This document shows, piece after piece, positions 18,520-28,131 of a DNA stretch of 64,000 nt. The stretch is from an uncultured bacterium (lineage in GTDB: Bacteria; Armatimonadota; DTGP01; CAYSAW01): positions 33,293 through 97,292 of the forward strand of contig CAYSAW010000002.1 in assembly GCA_964429225.1 (NCBI GenBank), read 5' to 3'. Position numbers and translations under genes: made by a program. Position 1 is the first letter of the stretch. The number at the start of each line of letters is the position of its first letter. The notes beneath the pieces are model-generated. The model was given only the letters and a program-made list of their open reading frames with translations, was not told the origin of the DNA and did no database searches.

Positions 18520-19488
18520 CTAGGGAAGAGAATGAACAGTTTCCCACCAAATAAGCCCAGCAGAGGTTAAGGCCCAGAGTACAACGGTGATAAGGAGGGG
18601 ATAATCCTTTAAAAGGAGGTCTGTGGGAGATCCTCCCTCCCCCTTCTGGAGAAGGAGATAGAGGTAGCGGAAGAGACCATAGAAGACATAAGGCAAAGTG
18701 ATCCACATATAAGGATGACGATAGGTATGAGGGGCGGACCCTGGCGCAAAAGTAAACAGAACGTAGCTCATTAAGGCTCCGGTGGTCACCAGAAGGATTA
18801 ACGTGTCCAAAAAGGAGACAGAATACTCCTCCAGCAAAGAGCGATGGGCAACCGGAGTTTTCAGAGATATTATCTCTTGCCTCCGTTTTCCTAAGCTGAG
18901 GAGCAAGGATAAGAAGACGGTACACATCATCAACCAAGAGGAGACCTCCACCCGGATGACCACTGCCCCTGCAACCGCTCTGAGTACAAAACCGGAAGAA
19001 ATAATCAAAATATCAAGGATCACCACTTCCCGTAAGCCGAAAGAATAGCCCAGATTAAGCAGAAGGTACAAGACCGCTATCGAGAAAAAGAGAGGATCAA
19101 GAAGCCAAGCAATAATAAGAGATAAGGTTAAGATTCCTAGAGAAGCAGGTACCGCCCAAGAAAGAGGGAGCTCTCCAGAGGCTATCGGTCGTTTCCTCTT
19201 CTTAGGGTGATACTGATCTCTCTCTCGATCCCGGCAATCATTAATGATATAAAGACCTCCTGAAAGGAGGCAATAATCCAAAGCAGTGGTTATAGTACGC
19301 AAGAGATCAGACCAATAAACAAACCGGGCAGTGAAGATCAAGCCAGCGAAGACAACCAAATTTTTGGTCCATTGAGTGGGACGGAGGGAGAGAAAGAGGA
19401 GATACAAAAGTCGGAGAGGGTTTCTACCCATTTTTTCGGGACCAATCGTAACCAATTTCCGGGTCGTTCCAGGGGCGGCGTAGTTCAT
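18520..19488 (-). CDS. UbiA-family decaprenyl-phosphate phosphoribosyltransferase-like enzyme (DPPR synthase-like)
   Basis: LRPTQWTKNLVVFAGLIF...YIINDCRDRERDQYHPKKRKRPIASGEL. The NDxxDxxxD plus HPxKxxRPIASG pattern is characteristic of the DPPR synthase subgroup of UbiA. A possible internal start at 19431 would reduce the overlap with the upstream gene. Confidence 0.7.
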   Translation of the reverse strand: MNYAAPGTTRKLVTIGPEKMGRNPLRLLYLLFLSLRPTQWTKNLVVFAGLIFTARFVYWSDLLRTITTALDYCLLSGGLYIINDCRDRERDQYHPKKRKRPIASGELPLSWAVPASLGILTLSLIIAWLLDPLFFSIAVLYLLLNLGYSFGLREVVILDILIISSGFVLRAVAGAVVIRVEVSSWLMMCTVFLSLLLSLGKRRQEIISLKTPVAHRSLLEEYSVSFLDTLILLVTTGALMSYVLFTFAPGSAPHTYRHPYMWITLPYVFYGLFRYLYLLLQKGEGGSPTDLLLKDYPLLITVVLWALTSAGLIWWETVHSLP

Positions 19489-19909
19489 CAGGTTGCTGAT
19501 AATTATAAGGTTCTGTCACCACATTAATGACAATCGCTTCTTCAGGACTAATACCTTTCCAACCGTGCCAGACGCCGGCTGGGATATGGACCAGGCAGGG
19601 GTTATGCTCCCCGATAAAAAACTCATTCAGCTGACCATAAGTAGAGCTCTCTTCGCGCCCATCCCAAAGAACCAGTTTGATCATCCCTTTGACACAACAG
19701 ACATTATCACTTTGGAGGCGATGGCAATGCCAGGCTTTCACCACGTCAAAATAATTCGTCGTCATATATACCTGGCCAAATTTCTCGAACTCAGGGTCAT
19801 CGCAACGGAGGATCTCCATCAATCGGCCCCGCTCATCGGGAATCACCTTTAGCCTCTTGACCCTCACTCCCTCAATGAGGGAGAAAGACATCTTCTCCTC
19901 CCTTGCCAT
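19424..19909 (-). CDS. dTDP-4-dehydrorhamnose 3,5-epimerase-like cupin (RmlC family)
   Basis: VIPDERGRLMEIL motif (RmlC DERG signature), cupin fold. 161 aa. Confidence 0.75.
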   Translation of the reverse strand: MAREEKMSFSLIEGVRVKRLKVIPDERGRLMEILRCDDPEFEKFGQVYMTTNYFDVVKAWHCHRLQSDNVCCVKGMIKLVLWDGREESSTYGQLNEFFIGEHNPCLVHIPAGVWHGWKGISPEEAIVINVVTEPYNYQQPDELRRPWNDPEIGYDWSRKNG

Positions 19910-19920
19910 AAAAACCTCTC

Positions 19921-20985
19921 CTAGGCTAGCTCCACCTTACTATCATCCCCCAGGGTAAAGCGGTAGGCTTTAGGTTTATCCTTTCCCCGAAGGATCCTCA
20001 CATTTTTCCCCATTAGAGAATCCTCAATCCGAACTTCTACGGATATGGAACTCCCTTCCAAGATAATACTATGCTCAATCTCCGCCTTTTCGATCATCAC
20101 ATTGTCACTAATACTGGTATAAGGACCAATATAAGCATCAATAAGCCGGCAATTTTTGCCAATGTAACAAGGGCCTCGGAGGGTAGAGCGAATGAGTTGG
20201 GTTCCTTCCTCTACTACCACCCGACCGGTAAGGGTGGAAAACTCGTCTTTCACTCCCCGGAAGGAGGGTTGTAGAGTATCTAAAACAGTGTAATTGGCCT
20301 GAAGAATATCATCCTTCTTGCCTGTATCCAGCCACCAACCCTCTAAAATATGGGCTTGTACCCGATAACCGTGGTCAATAAGCCACTGAATGGCATCCGT
20401 AATTTCTAGCTCACCCCGCCAAGAAGGGCGGATCTCCCGGACCGCTTGATGAATACAAGGGCTAAAAAGGTAAACTCCTACCAAAGCATAGCGTGACCGA
20501 GGCTTGGGGGGCTTCTCCTCCAGCCGGACCACTCGACCGTCCGGTCCCAGCTCAGCCACTCCAAAAGCTGAAGGGTTAGCCACCTCTTTCAACAAGATCA
20601 GGGCGTCAGGCTTCAGGCGTTCAAATTCCTCTACAAATTGTTTAACCCCTTCTTGGATCAAATTATCCCCTAAGAACATCACAAAGGGTTCCTCCCCAAG
20701 GAAATCTCGAGCAATCAACACCGCATGAGCTAATCCTTTCGGCTCAGGCTGATGAATATACTCGATCTCAACCCCCCAACGCGAGCCATCCCCTACCGCC
20801 GACATCACCTCCTGACGAGTATCCCCAACAATCATCCCTATCTTTTGAATACCCGCCTCCTTAAGAGCCTCAATAGCATAGAAAAGAATCGGTTTCCCTG
20901 CCACCGGAAGCAGCTGCTTTGCAGAGGTATAAGTCAGAGGGCGTATCCGGGTTCCCTTACCACCTGCCAAGATGAAACCTTTCAT
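19921..20985 (-). CDS. Sugar-1-phosphate nucleotidyltransferase, long form with C-terminal left-handed beta-helix (glucose-1-phosphate thymidylyltransferase-like)
   Basis: MKGFILAGGKGTRIRPLTYTSAKQLLPVAGKPIL, a nucleotidyltransferase G-loop. The C-terminal 120 aa has hexapeptide-repeat character. 354 aa. Confidence 0.85.
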   Translation of the reverse strand: MKGFILAGGKGTRIRPLTYTSAKQLLPVAGKPILFYAIEALKEAGIQKIGMIVGDTRQEVMSAVGDGSRWGVEIEYIHQPEPKGLAHAVLIARDFLGEEPFVMFLGDNLIQEGVKQFVEEFERLKPDALILLKEVANPSAFGVAELGPDGRVVRLEEKPPKPRSRYALVGVYLFSPCIHQAVREIRPSWRGELEITDAIQWLIDHGYRVQAHILEGWWLDTGKKDDILQANYTVLDTLQPSFRGVKDEFSTLTGRVVVEEGTQLIRSTLRGPCYIGKNCRLIDAYIGPYTSISDNVMIEKAEIEHSIILEGSSISVEVRIEDSLMGKNVRILRGKDKPKAYRFTLGDDSKVELA

Positions 20986-21538
20986 CGGTTTTCTCGCTCT
21001 ATAAAAGGGGGAAAGAAAAATAGGGTCAAATGTTTCTTAACCAAGCCAATTCTTTATTCTCCTTAAAGGGCTGACCCCCTTCCGGCGGTTGAACCCGGGG
21101 TTAGCCTTAAAGTAGAATATCTCCTAGAAGGGACGATGCGCTCAAAATTCTTACTCTATTTTTTAGTGAGTTGGTTAGGCCTCCTTTCAGTATTGGGGCC
21201 TATTCATATGCATTCGTCCTCTCTTTTTGCCCCTTCTCAATCCGCCTGGAAGAAGGATCATCCCAAGAAACCCAACACTAATCCAGCAGTCTGCCTTCTT
21301 TGTATCCTCTTTGAACGGAGTCCCCTAATCCCATCGTTCTATACACCCCTCCTTCAGTCTCCTCTACAAGCTCTTCTTCTCCCTTTAGGGGGGATCTTTT
21401 TCCTTCCCTCGATCCTGCTTCCTTTGGTTCCTCAACGAGGGCCTCCGTAAAAGGCTTCTTTCTCGCTGGGGAGATGAAATAGATCTCTACTGACTCGTCG
21501 CTTTTAGAAAAGTAAGCCATCTTTTACGGAGGTTACCG

Positions 21539-22168
21539 ATGAAAACACGCAAAGGTTTTACCCTGATCGAGCTCCTTGTTGTTATCGCTATCATCGCTAT
21601 TCTTGCTGCCATTCTCTTTCCGGTTTTCGCTTCGGCCCGTGAGAAAGCCCGGGCAACCAGCTGTATGAATAACCTGAAACAGATGGGGGTGGCGATCCTC
21701 CAATACGCCCAAGACTGGGACGAAAATTTCCCTAGTGGTCACTTCATCCAGCAGTCCGGGGAGGCTGGCCAAAAGGAAACCAATTGGCAAGAAGCTCTGC
21801 TATCTTATCACCGAAGCTGGGATATTTACCGCTGCCCTTCTGACCCCTCCGACTTCCGGAGTAGCTACCTCCTCAACGGATGGTACTCCGACGAAATTGA
21901 GGGAACAAAACGCTCTTTAGGTGACATTCGCCGCCCCTCGGAGAGTATCATTATTGTGGAGCGAGACCACAATGCGGCAATCCAGTTGGGGGATCCTGAG
22001 AAGGACGACTACGAACCCTGGCTTCCTTTAAACCAGTGGAGGCCTCTTATCGCAGACCAACGCCATAGCAAAATGGCGAACTACCTGTTTGTAGATGGCC
22101 ACGTCAAGGCCCTTAAGTTCGAGCAAACCTACGATCCCCCACGAGTGGATATGCACAATCCCGGATAA
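21539..22168 (+). CDS. Prepilin-type N-terminal cleavage/methylation domain protein with DUF1559 C-terminus (paralog of 6843..7547)
   Basis: [35 protein letters not shown]-terminal [14 protein letters not shown]. Confidence 0.8.
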   Translation: MKTRKGFTLIELLVVIAIIAILAAILFPVFASAREKARATSCMNNLKQMGVAILQYAQDWDENFPSGHFIQQSGEAGQKETNWQEALLSYHRSWDIYRCPSDPSDFRSSYLLNGWYSDEIEGTKRSLGDIRRPSESIIIVERDHNAAIQLGDPEKDDYEPWLPLNQWRPLIADQRHSKMANYLFVDGHVKALKFEQTYDPPRVDMHNPG

Positions 22169-22199
22169 CCGTTAAACTCTCCTCCGGTCCTGTGCACCT

Positions 22200-24536
22200 A
22201 TGAGGCAGAGTTGTCGAAAAAAGGGGGTGACTCTTAAGTCACCCCTTTACATCCTTCTCTTACTCTCTCTTTCTCTCCCCTCCCTCTTTTTCTCTAGTTG
22301 TAACCTCAAGCCCCGGGTACAACCCTATCCTCCAGCTCGTAATCAGAGCAAGGAGGAGTGGGTGCTTTCTACTTTCAGCCCTTATCGCCATTATGGAGCC
22401 TATTTAGGAAATGGGTATATGGGTCTAATTGTTGGACCTGATGGTACAGGTATCCCCACAGAGAAGGCAGGTCAATCCCAAATCAGCGGCTTCTACAGCC
22501 AGGAGCATATGGTGGAAACCCCCCGCTGGGGAGGGGTCTATGCCTTCTTAGGAAAACACCCGATTATCCCCTTTGAAACACCTTCAGAGAAAGCTCCTAT
22601 AGAACAGAAAAAAGAACCCCTTAAAGAATATCCCGTTGATCATTACTCTCAACATCTAGACCTCCTCAAGGGAGTTCTGAAGACCTCTTATCTTCACCTC
22701 CCTACCCAAATTCAAGTGAATACTCAATTCTTGATTCACCGAGTATACCCAGGTCTTGCTCTAATAAAAGTGTCCTTCTTCAAGCAAGGATCAGTCAAAC
22801 CTTTAACCCTTCGTGTCCCCTTGCAAAGAGGAAATCCTGAAGGGATGGTTAGTTCCCCTCTTCTGGGAAGGGATCTGAAGACAGGTGATTTCTGGATTGT
22901 AGAGACCACCACGGACGGCAAAAAGTTAGCTACCGTTTGCAGGCTTAGCTCTGAAGACAAACAGTTAACTAGCATCAGGTTGATCCGCCAACCCCGAGGT
23001 TGGATAGCCGAAGTCACCCTCCCTTGGCAGAAAAAGCCAGCTTCACCCCGAAACCACCCCCCGGAAGATAGGGATATTTTTTCTCGTATCAGTCTTCCTT
23101 TTCGGAGAAGAAAACCAGAGCGATTTATAACAGATATCACTAAATGGATTAGTGTAGCAACCTCTTTAGAGGGGCCTGATCCCCTTAAACTAGCCCGTGC
23201 TCAGCTCGAGAAAGCCTGGAGACAGCGTTGGTCCTCTCTGTACGAAGAGCACACAGAAGCTTGGCAGAGGCTCTGGCAAAAGGCCGATATCCACATTATA
23301 GGCCAAGGGGAAAGAACACGAGAAGAGCAACAAATCCTCCGAGCAGGACTGTTTTATCTCCTCAGCAGTGTTCGACCGGGACAAGATCATTCCATCCCCC
23401 CTATGGGCTTATCTAGTCGGGCTTGGGGAGGACATATTTTTTGGGATGCAGATATGTGGATGTTTCCTGTGTTAAGCCTGCTTCACCCCAATCTCGCGCA
23501 TTCTATCGTTGAGTATCGGTGGAAGACCCTGCCTGGAGCGAGGGAGAACGCCCGCAAAGGGGCCGAGGCGGTGAGTACTCGAAGAAAGCCTCCGATCCCT
23601 CCTCCCCCCTACGCTGGGGCTAGCTTTGCCACCGAAAGCGCAGAAACCGGTCGGGAAATAGCCCCAGCTGAATTTCCCCGAGAACGCCACAACGTCTCCG
23701 ACGCTGCGTTGGCCCAGTGGAACTATTACCTCCTTACCGGAGATAAAAAATGGCTGGCTCAAAAAGGCTATCCCGTAATCCAAGCGGCAGCTCAGTACTG
23801 GGCCAGCCGAGTTTGGTATAATCCCAACCGAGACCGCTATGAAATCTTAGGAGTAGTATCCCCCGATGAGACAGCCGGAATCGTGAATAACGACGTTTAT
23901 ACTAACGCAGGAGCCAAGAGAACTCTGGAGGTTGCTATCCGAGCAAGCCAGCTCCTGGGCAAACCCTATCCTCCTCTTTGGAAAAGGATTGCGGAGAAGA
24001 TGTACCTCCCTTACCACCCCCGAGAACACCGGTACATAGAGCATGATGGCTTCCGAGAAGGGCGCCGAATTAAGCAAGCAGATGCTGAATTGATCATCTT
24101 TCCCCTGGGATTACCCATGCGGGAGGAGGTAAAACGGAATACCCTCGAATATCACCAGCGGCGCGTTAGCCCCCGGGGACCAGCGATGACCGATGCCATC
24201 CATTCGATCATTTATGCGGAGCTAGGAGAATGCTCAAAGGCTTACCAATCCTTCCGCAAATCTTTTGAGGAATTCCTCCGCCCCGCCTTTTACCTCTTCT
24301 CAGAAAAGCGCTCCACCGATAACTGCTGTTTCCTGACCGGTTACGCAGGCACTCTAATGGCAGTTCTTTACGGTTTTGGAGGCCTTCGCTTTGACGAACA
24401 AGGGTTGAAAATAAAGCCCTGCCTCCCTCCCCATTGGAAAAAGTTGGAAGTCAAAGGGATTCATTTCCGAGGGAAGGTTTACCGCCTTACCATCGAGCAA
24501 GGTAAACCCTATTGTCTTGAGGAGAAGCCTGCCTAA
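22200..24536 (+). CDS. Glycoside hydrolase family 65-like protein (six-hairpin (alpha/alpha)6 glycosidase/phosphorylase), probable lipoprotein
   Basis: AWGGHIFWDADMWMFP resembles the GH65 central-domain FWDTE(I/T)(F/Y)MxP motif. N-terminal signal with lipobox-like LFFSSC. 778 aa. Confidence 0.65.
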   Translation: MRQSCRKKGVTLKSPLYILLLLSLSLPSLFFSSCNLKPRVQPYPPARNQSKEEWVLSTFSPYRHYGAYLGNGYMGLIVGPDGTGIPTEKAGQSQISGFYSQEHMVETPRWGGVYAFLGKHPIIPFETPSEKAPIEQKKEPLKEYPVDHYSQHLDLLKGVLKTSYLHLPTQIQVNTQFLIHRVYPGLALIKVSFFKQGSVKPLTLRVPLQRGNPEGMVSSPLLGRDLKTGDFWIVETTTDGKKLATVCRLSSEDKQLTSIRLIRQPRGWIAEVTLPWQKKPASPRNHPPEDRDIFSRISLPFRRRKPERFITDITKWISVATSLEGPDPLKLARAQLEKAWRQRWSSLYEEHTEAWQRLWQKADIHIIGQGERTREEQQILRAGLFYLLSSVRPGQDHSIPPMGLSSRAWGGHIFWDADMWMFPVLSLLHPNLAHSIVEYRWKTLPGARENARKGAEAVSTRRKPPIPPPPYAGASFATESAETGREIAPAEFPRERHNVSDAALAQWNYYLLTGDKKWLAQKGYPVIQAAAQYWASRVWYNPNRDRYEILGVVSPDETAGIVNNDVYTNAGAKRTLEVAIRASQLLGKPYPPLWKRIAEKMYLPYHPREHRYIEHDGFREGRRIKQADAELIIFPLGLPMREEVKRNTLEYHQRRVSPRGPAMTDAIHSIIYAELGECSKAYQSFRKSFEEFLRPAFYLFSEKRSTDNCCFLTGYAGTLMAVLYGFGGLRFDEQGLKIKPCLPPHWKKLEVKGIHFRGKVYRLTIEQGKPYCLEEKPA

Positions 24537-24541
24537 CCCTC

Positions 24542-26893
24542 TTACCTTGAAGGTTTAACCCCCGAAGTTAAAGAAACGTTCTCCCCCTTAAGGGATAAAC
24601 CCAAGAAAGAGGGGAGGTAAACCAAAGCGGTAGCCCCAGCCAGAACGCCGGCATCATTCAAAAGGGTAGCAGTACCAACCACCGCCAAAAGCCCGCAGAA
24701 GCTTGCCCTCCAAGAGAGATTCTGCCATGCCCGAGGAAAAGCCAACCTCCTTCGCCATAAGCACAGAAGACTTGCTAGAAAGGCCCAAAGAAGAAGCCGG
24801 CTCCAAGGGCTAAAGAGAAAGAGACGGAGATTCATCGAAGCTTTCCTCACAACTATCCGCCAAAACTCAATAAACCCTTCTTGACGCACTCCTTGGAAAG
24901 CGAGGGCTATATGACTGCTTGCCCCTCCCCGATGAAGGTCAACAATGACTACCAGGGCAACAGCGGAGAGAAGGATCAACAACAAAAGAATAAGGTGCTT
25001 TAGCCGGAAGGAGATCCGCATTAAGAGAAGTAGCAAAACCCCCAGACCAAAGGAGGCGGAAAGCACCCCTCCAAACTTGGCACCCCAAGAAGGCCCTCCA
25101 AGAACCACTAAAGAGAGGAGAAGAATACTGAAAGTAAAGAGCTTTATGCCTAAAGTCTCCCGGATCGAGAGAGGAAGAGTAGCTACTAATATTGAGGAAG
25201 CGAGGAAGGCTCCCATCCACTCATTGCCCATCCCGTAATAGCGTGCTCCTTCAATCAAGGAGTAGCTTAAAAGGGTAAAAGGAAGGCGTGGAAACCCTTG
25301 AAAGCCATCTACGAAGGCCGAAAGGATTAGGATACCGGCCGGGAGGAGAAGACTGAGTTCTGGTTTCCCCATTCTCCGAGCGATGAAAAGGCTGAGGAGA
25401 ATAGAAAGTATCCAAAGAAAGACGAGAAAAAAGCTATAAGCTTGGACAGAGAAGAGAGGAAACCAAGCAACGAGATAGAAGGACGAAAAGAGGGAAGGGA
25501 CAACGAACCAGAGAAGAAGAGGAATACGAAACCCCTTTAATAGAAAGAGGCTTAGGAAGAGCATAAAAATCTGTAGGAAAGTAACAACCGGTCGAAGTAA
25601 ACGCCGACGCAGAATCTCTGCTGAAAGTAAGGAGGAGCGGTAAGTACTCAACTCTGAAACCGCATCCGAGGAGAAAAAAGCCCTCAGAGGACGGCCCACC
25701 ATTACATTAGGAACAGGGATATGAAACCATTCTAGGATGGTCGGTGCAATATCAGTATTTGCCACTACTCCCCTTTGGCGAGTAGTGGCACTCGTGAGTA
25801 TCCCCCTCCGTTGACCATCTATAAGAATCACCGGGGTGAGGGAGTCAAAGCTAAGCCTAGCCCTCCGAGAAGGGTAGGGTACAAGAAATATTAGGAGATC
25901 TCGGTTAGGGCGATAAAGCTTTTCTAATTCCTGAAGGAAAACATCCAAACGTTGCAAGGCTCTTTCTCGCTCTTGGACAAGGCGTTGTTCCTCCCACTTC
26001 TCTGAAGCCTTGTCCAACCGGGCAGTATCCCCCCACTCTATGAGCAAAAGATGACAACGTTTCAACCCTTCCTGAGTCGCTTGAAAATAAGCCTTTGGAT
26101 CACAAGCAACTCCATCAGGGCTTGAAGGGTCTTGGCTCAAAAGCTCCTCTTCTCCTTTATAAAAGAAAACTGTCCCTCTTTGGTCCATAACCGAAAGAGC
26201 TGGTTCCCGGCCTTCTTCCTCCGGGTTTCCTCCCCCCCCTACTAAACCTGCTTTCACCCCTTGCCCTTGGAGAAGAGTCCCCAGGATACCCAAATCCGTC
26301 CGATAGCTCAACCGGTTGTTAATCTCTTTGAGGAGATCAATGCTAGGAAGTAACAAACCCTGGTCTTCCCTCCCCTCTTTGGAGGTAAAGGGAGGGGGAC
26401 GGAGGCTATCTCTCAGGTATTTTTCTCTTCCCGTAGCGGTATCCACTTTTTCAGAAGGGAGGTAGAATCGAGCAAGGTTCTGGGGTGCAAAACAACGGGT
26501 TCCTGCTCCTAAAGTAAGATAAGCGCTTGCTCTAAAGTTATCATAATTCTTATCAGAAGGAGAAGGAATCCGTACGCTAGCTACTCGGGTATTCATCATC
26601 CCCAAGGCACCTCGACGGATCCATTCCTGTAACCCAGGAAGAGGCTTTCGGAAGAGATCGGAAAAGCTGACCGCCGGAACAGAGAGGAGGATACATCGCT
26701 TAGGAGGTTGAGAGCTCCCCGAGGGATCACTGAGCGGAGTTGGAGAAGAAGGATTTCCCATACCCCAGCAAGCTGAAACCAAACTTAAGAAGATCCCTAA
26801 GAAAGGCCCGAAAAGGCTTTTAGGAAAAAGAGCAAGAAGAAAGCCTTGATCCGTAGGCATCTCCTCTAAAAAATTAGCGCAGGACTTCCTCAT
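24542..26893 (-). CDS. Fusion protein: N-terminal alkaline-phosphatase-superfamily (sulfatase/phosphotransferase-like) domain plus C-terminal polytopic membrane domain
   Basis: VANTDIAPTILEWFHIPVP motif (the DIAPTIL metal-site motif of the AlkP/sulfatase/PglZ superfamily) at around aa 380. About 12 predicted TM helices follow. Overlaps the upstream GT4 gene by 20 bp, suggesting one operon. Confidence 0.65.
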   Translation of the reverse strand: MRKSCANFLEEMPTDQGFLLALFPKSLFGPFLGIFLSLVSACWGMGNPSSPTPLSDPSGSSQPPKRCILLSVPAVSFSDLFRKPLPGLQEWIRRGALGMMNTRVASVRIPSPSDKNYDNFRASAYLTLGAGTRCFAPQNLARFYLPSEKVDTATGREKYLRDSLRPPPFTSKEGREDQGLLLPSIDLLKEINNRLSYRTDLGILGTLLQGQGVKAGLVGGGGNPEEEGREPALSVMDQRGTVFFYKGEEELLSQDPSSPDGVACDPKAYFQATQEGLKRCHLLLIEWGDTARLDKASEKWEEQRLVQERERALQRLDVFLQELEKLYRPNRDLLIFLVPYPSRRARLSFDSLTPVILIDGQRRGILTSATTRQRGVVANTDIAPTILEWFHIPVPNVMVGRPLRAFFSSDAVSELSTYRSSLLSAEILRRRLLRPVVTFLQIFMLFLSLFLLKGFRIPLLLWFVVPSLFSSFYLVAWFPLFSVQAYSFFLVFLWILSILLSLFIARRMGKPELSLLLPAGILILSAFVDGFQGFPRLPFTLLSYSLIEGARYYGMGNEWMGAFLASSILVATLPLSIRETLGIKLFTFSILLLSLVVLGGPSWGAKFGGVLSASFGLGVLLLLLMRISFRLKHLILLLLILLSAVALVVIVDLHRGGASSHIALAFQGVRQEGFIEFWRIVVRKASMNLRLFLFSPWSRLLLWAFLASLLCLWRRRLAFPRAWQNLSWRASFCGLLAVVGTATLLNDAGVLAGATALVYLPSFLGLSLKGENVSLTSGVKPSR

Positions 26894-28028
26894 ATACCCG
26901 TACCGTCTCCTGGATCATCCGGTTTGCGGAACGCTCTTGAGATACGAAGGTAAAGGCCTGCTTTACAAGGGTCTGCCGGAGATCCTCGTTCCGCCAGAGA
27001 CGGAGAATAGCTGCCGCTAAAGCACTGGGATCTTCTGGAGGGACCAACAAGCCGGTACGCTCGTCCTGAACATTCTCGGTCAACCCTCCCACCTCTGAAG
27101 CGATTACAGGAACTCCTAAAGCCATTGCTTCTAGAGCAACTAGAGATTGCCCTTCTCTTCGGGAGGGGATAAGACAGAGATGACAGCTCTTCAAGAGAGC
27201 TAAAGCATCCTTTCTCCAGCCAAGGAAATAAACTTTCGTCGCTATCCCCAACCGTCCCGCCATTCTCTCCAAATCTTCTCGGTCCGGTCCCTCTCCAATA
27301 ATGAGCAGGCGTGCGGAGGGTAAGATAGGAGCGATAACGCTCCAGGCCTGAAGAGCGATATCCACCCCCTTATCCGGCATTAACCGAGCAACTAACCCCA
27401 CCACCGGCTTATGGACCTCCGGATCGAGCCATTCGGTTAAAGGGGAGGGTTTCAAACTTTGGAGAGAAATCCAATCAATGCCGTTAGGGATTACCCTAAT
27501 CTTTCTTGCAGGAACCCCCGCTTGAAGGAGCGACTGAGCTACTGCATTGCTATTAGCAATAATCCGATGGGCTTTCTTTAACAACCAAATAAGGGTCCAC
27601 CGAGTCAAGAAAGAAACGCTTTTCGGGAATAAGTTATGAGCGGAAGCCACCCATTTCCAAGCCTTGGGAAGCCGAGCCAAGCCTACAATTACCGCAGCGC
27701 GATACCCATGGGAATGAAGGATTCCCCCCTCTTGGGAGGCAGATAGGATTTGAGCATAAAGTTGCCGAGAAGCCCTTCGATCGCGCAAGAAGGAGGAACG
27801 GTCCTCGATAGAAACAGAATGAAAAGGAAGGTCTGGGAGCTTCTGATACCCCCAAAACGCCTTCTTAACGAGGTCAGGGCCTGCCAGCTCAACCTGCCAT
27901 CGGCTCTCCCTGCGGATTCCCTGAATGAGAATCCGCAGGTGCTGGAGAATCCCTCCTTGAGCAGGACGGAGAAGATGGACCACTCGGATGGGAGAGGAAA
28001 AGGGAAGAGAGGAGTTCTTTTCTGGCAT
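26874..28028 (-). CDS. Glycosyltransferase family 4 (GT-B fold)
   Basis: C-terminal GT4 signature region: LIPSRREGQSLVALEAMALGVPVIASEVGGLTENV...TGLLVPPEDPSALA (E-X7-E motif). Confidence 0.85.
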   Translation of the reverse strand: MPEKNSSLPFSSPIRVVHLLRPAQGGILQHLRILIQGIRRESRWQVELAGPDLVKKAFWGYQKLPDLPFHSVSIEDRSSFLRDRRASRQLYAQILSASQEGGILHSHGYRAAVIVGLARLPKAWKWVASAHNLFPKSVSFLTRWTLIWLLKKAHRIIANSNAVAQSLLQAGVPARKIRVIPNGIDWISLQSLKPSPLTEWLDPEVHKPVVGLVARLMPDKGVDIALQAWSVIAPILPSARLLIIGEGPDREDLERMAGRLGIATKVYFLGWRKDALALLKSCHLCLIPSRREGQSLVALEAMALGVPVIASEVGGLTENVQDERTGLLVPPEDPSALAAAILRLWRNEDLRQTLVKQAFTFVSQERSANRMIQETVRVYEEVLR

Positions 28029-28131
28029 CGGTGTGTACCTATGGCCTGGAACCTTAAAAAGACTAAGAGCGATTTTGTCAAAAGATAAAGAGGGTCAATC
28101 TCTCCGGGTTTTCCCGGTTTAAGGATCTGTA

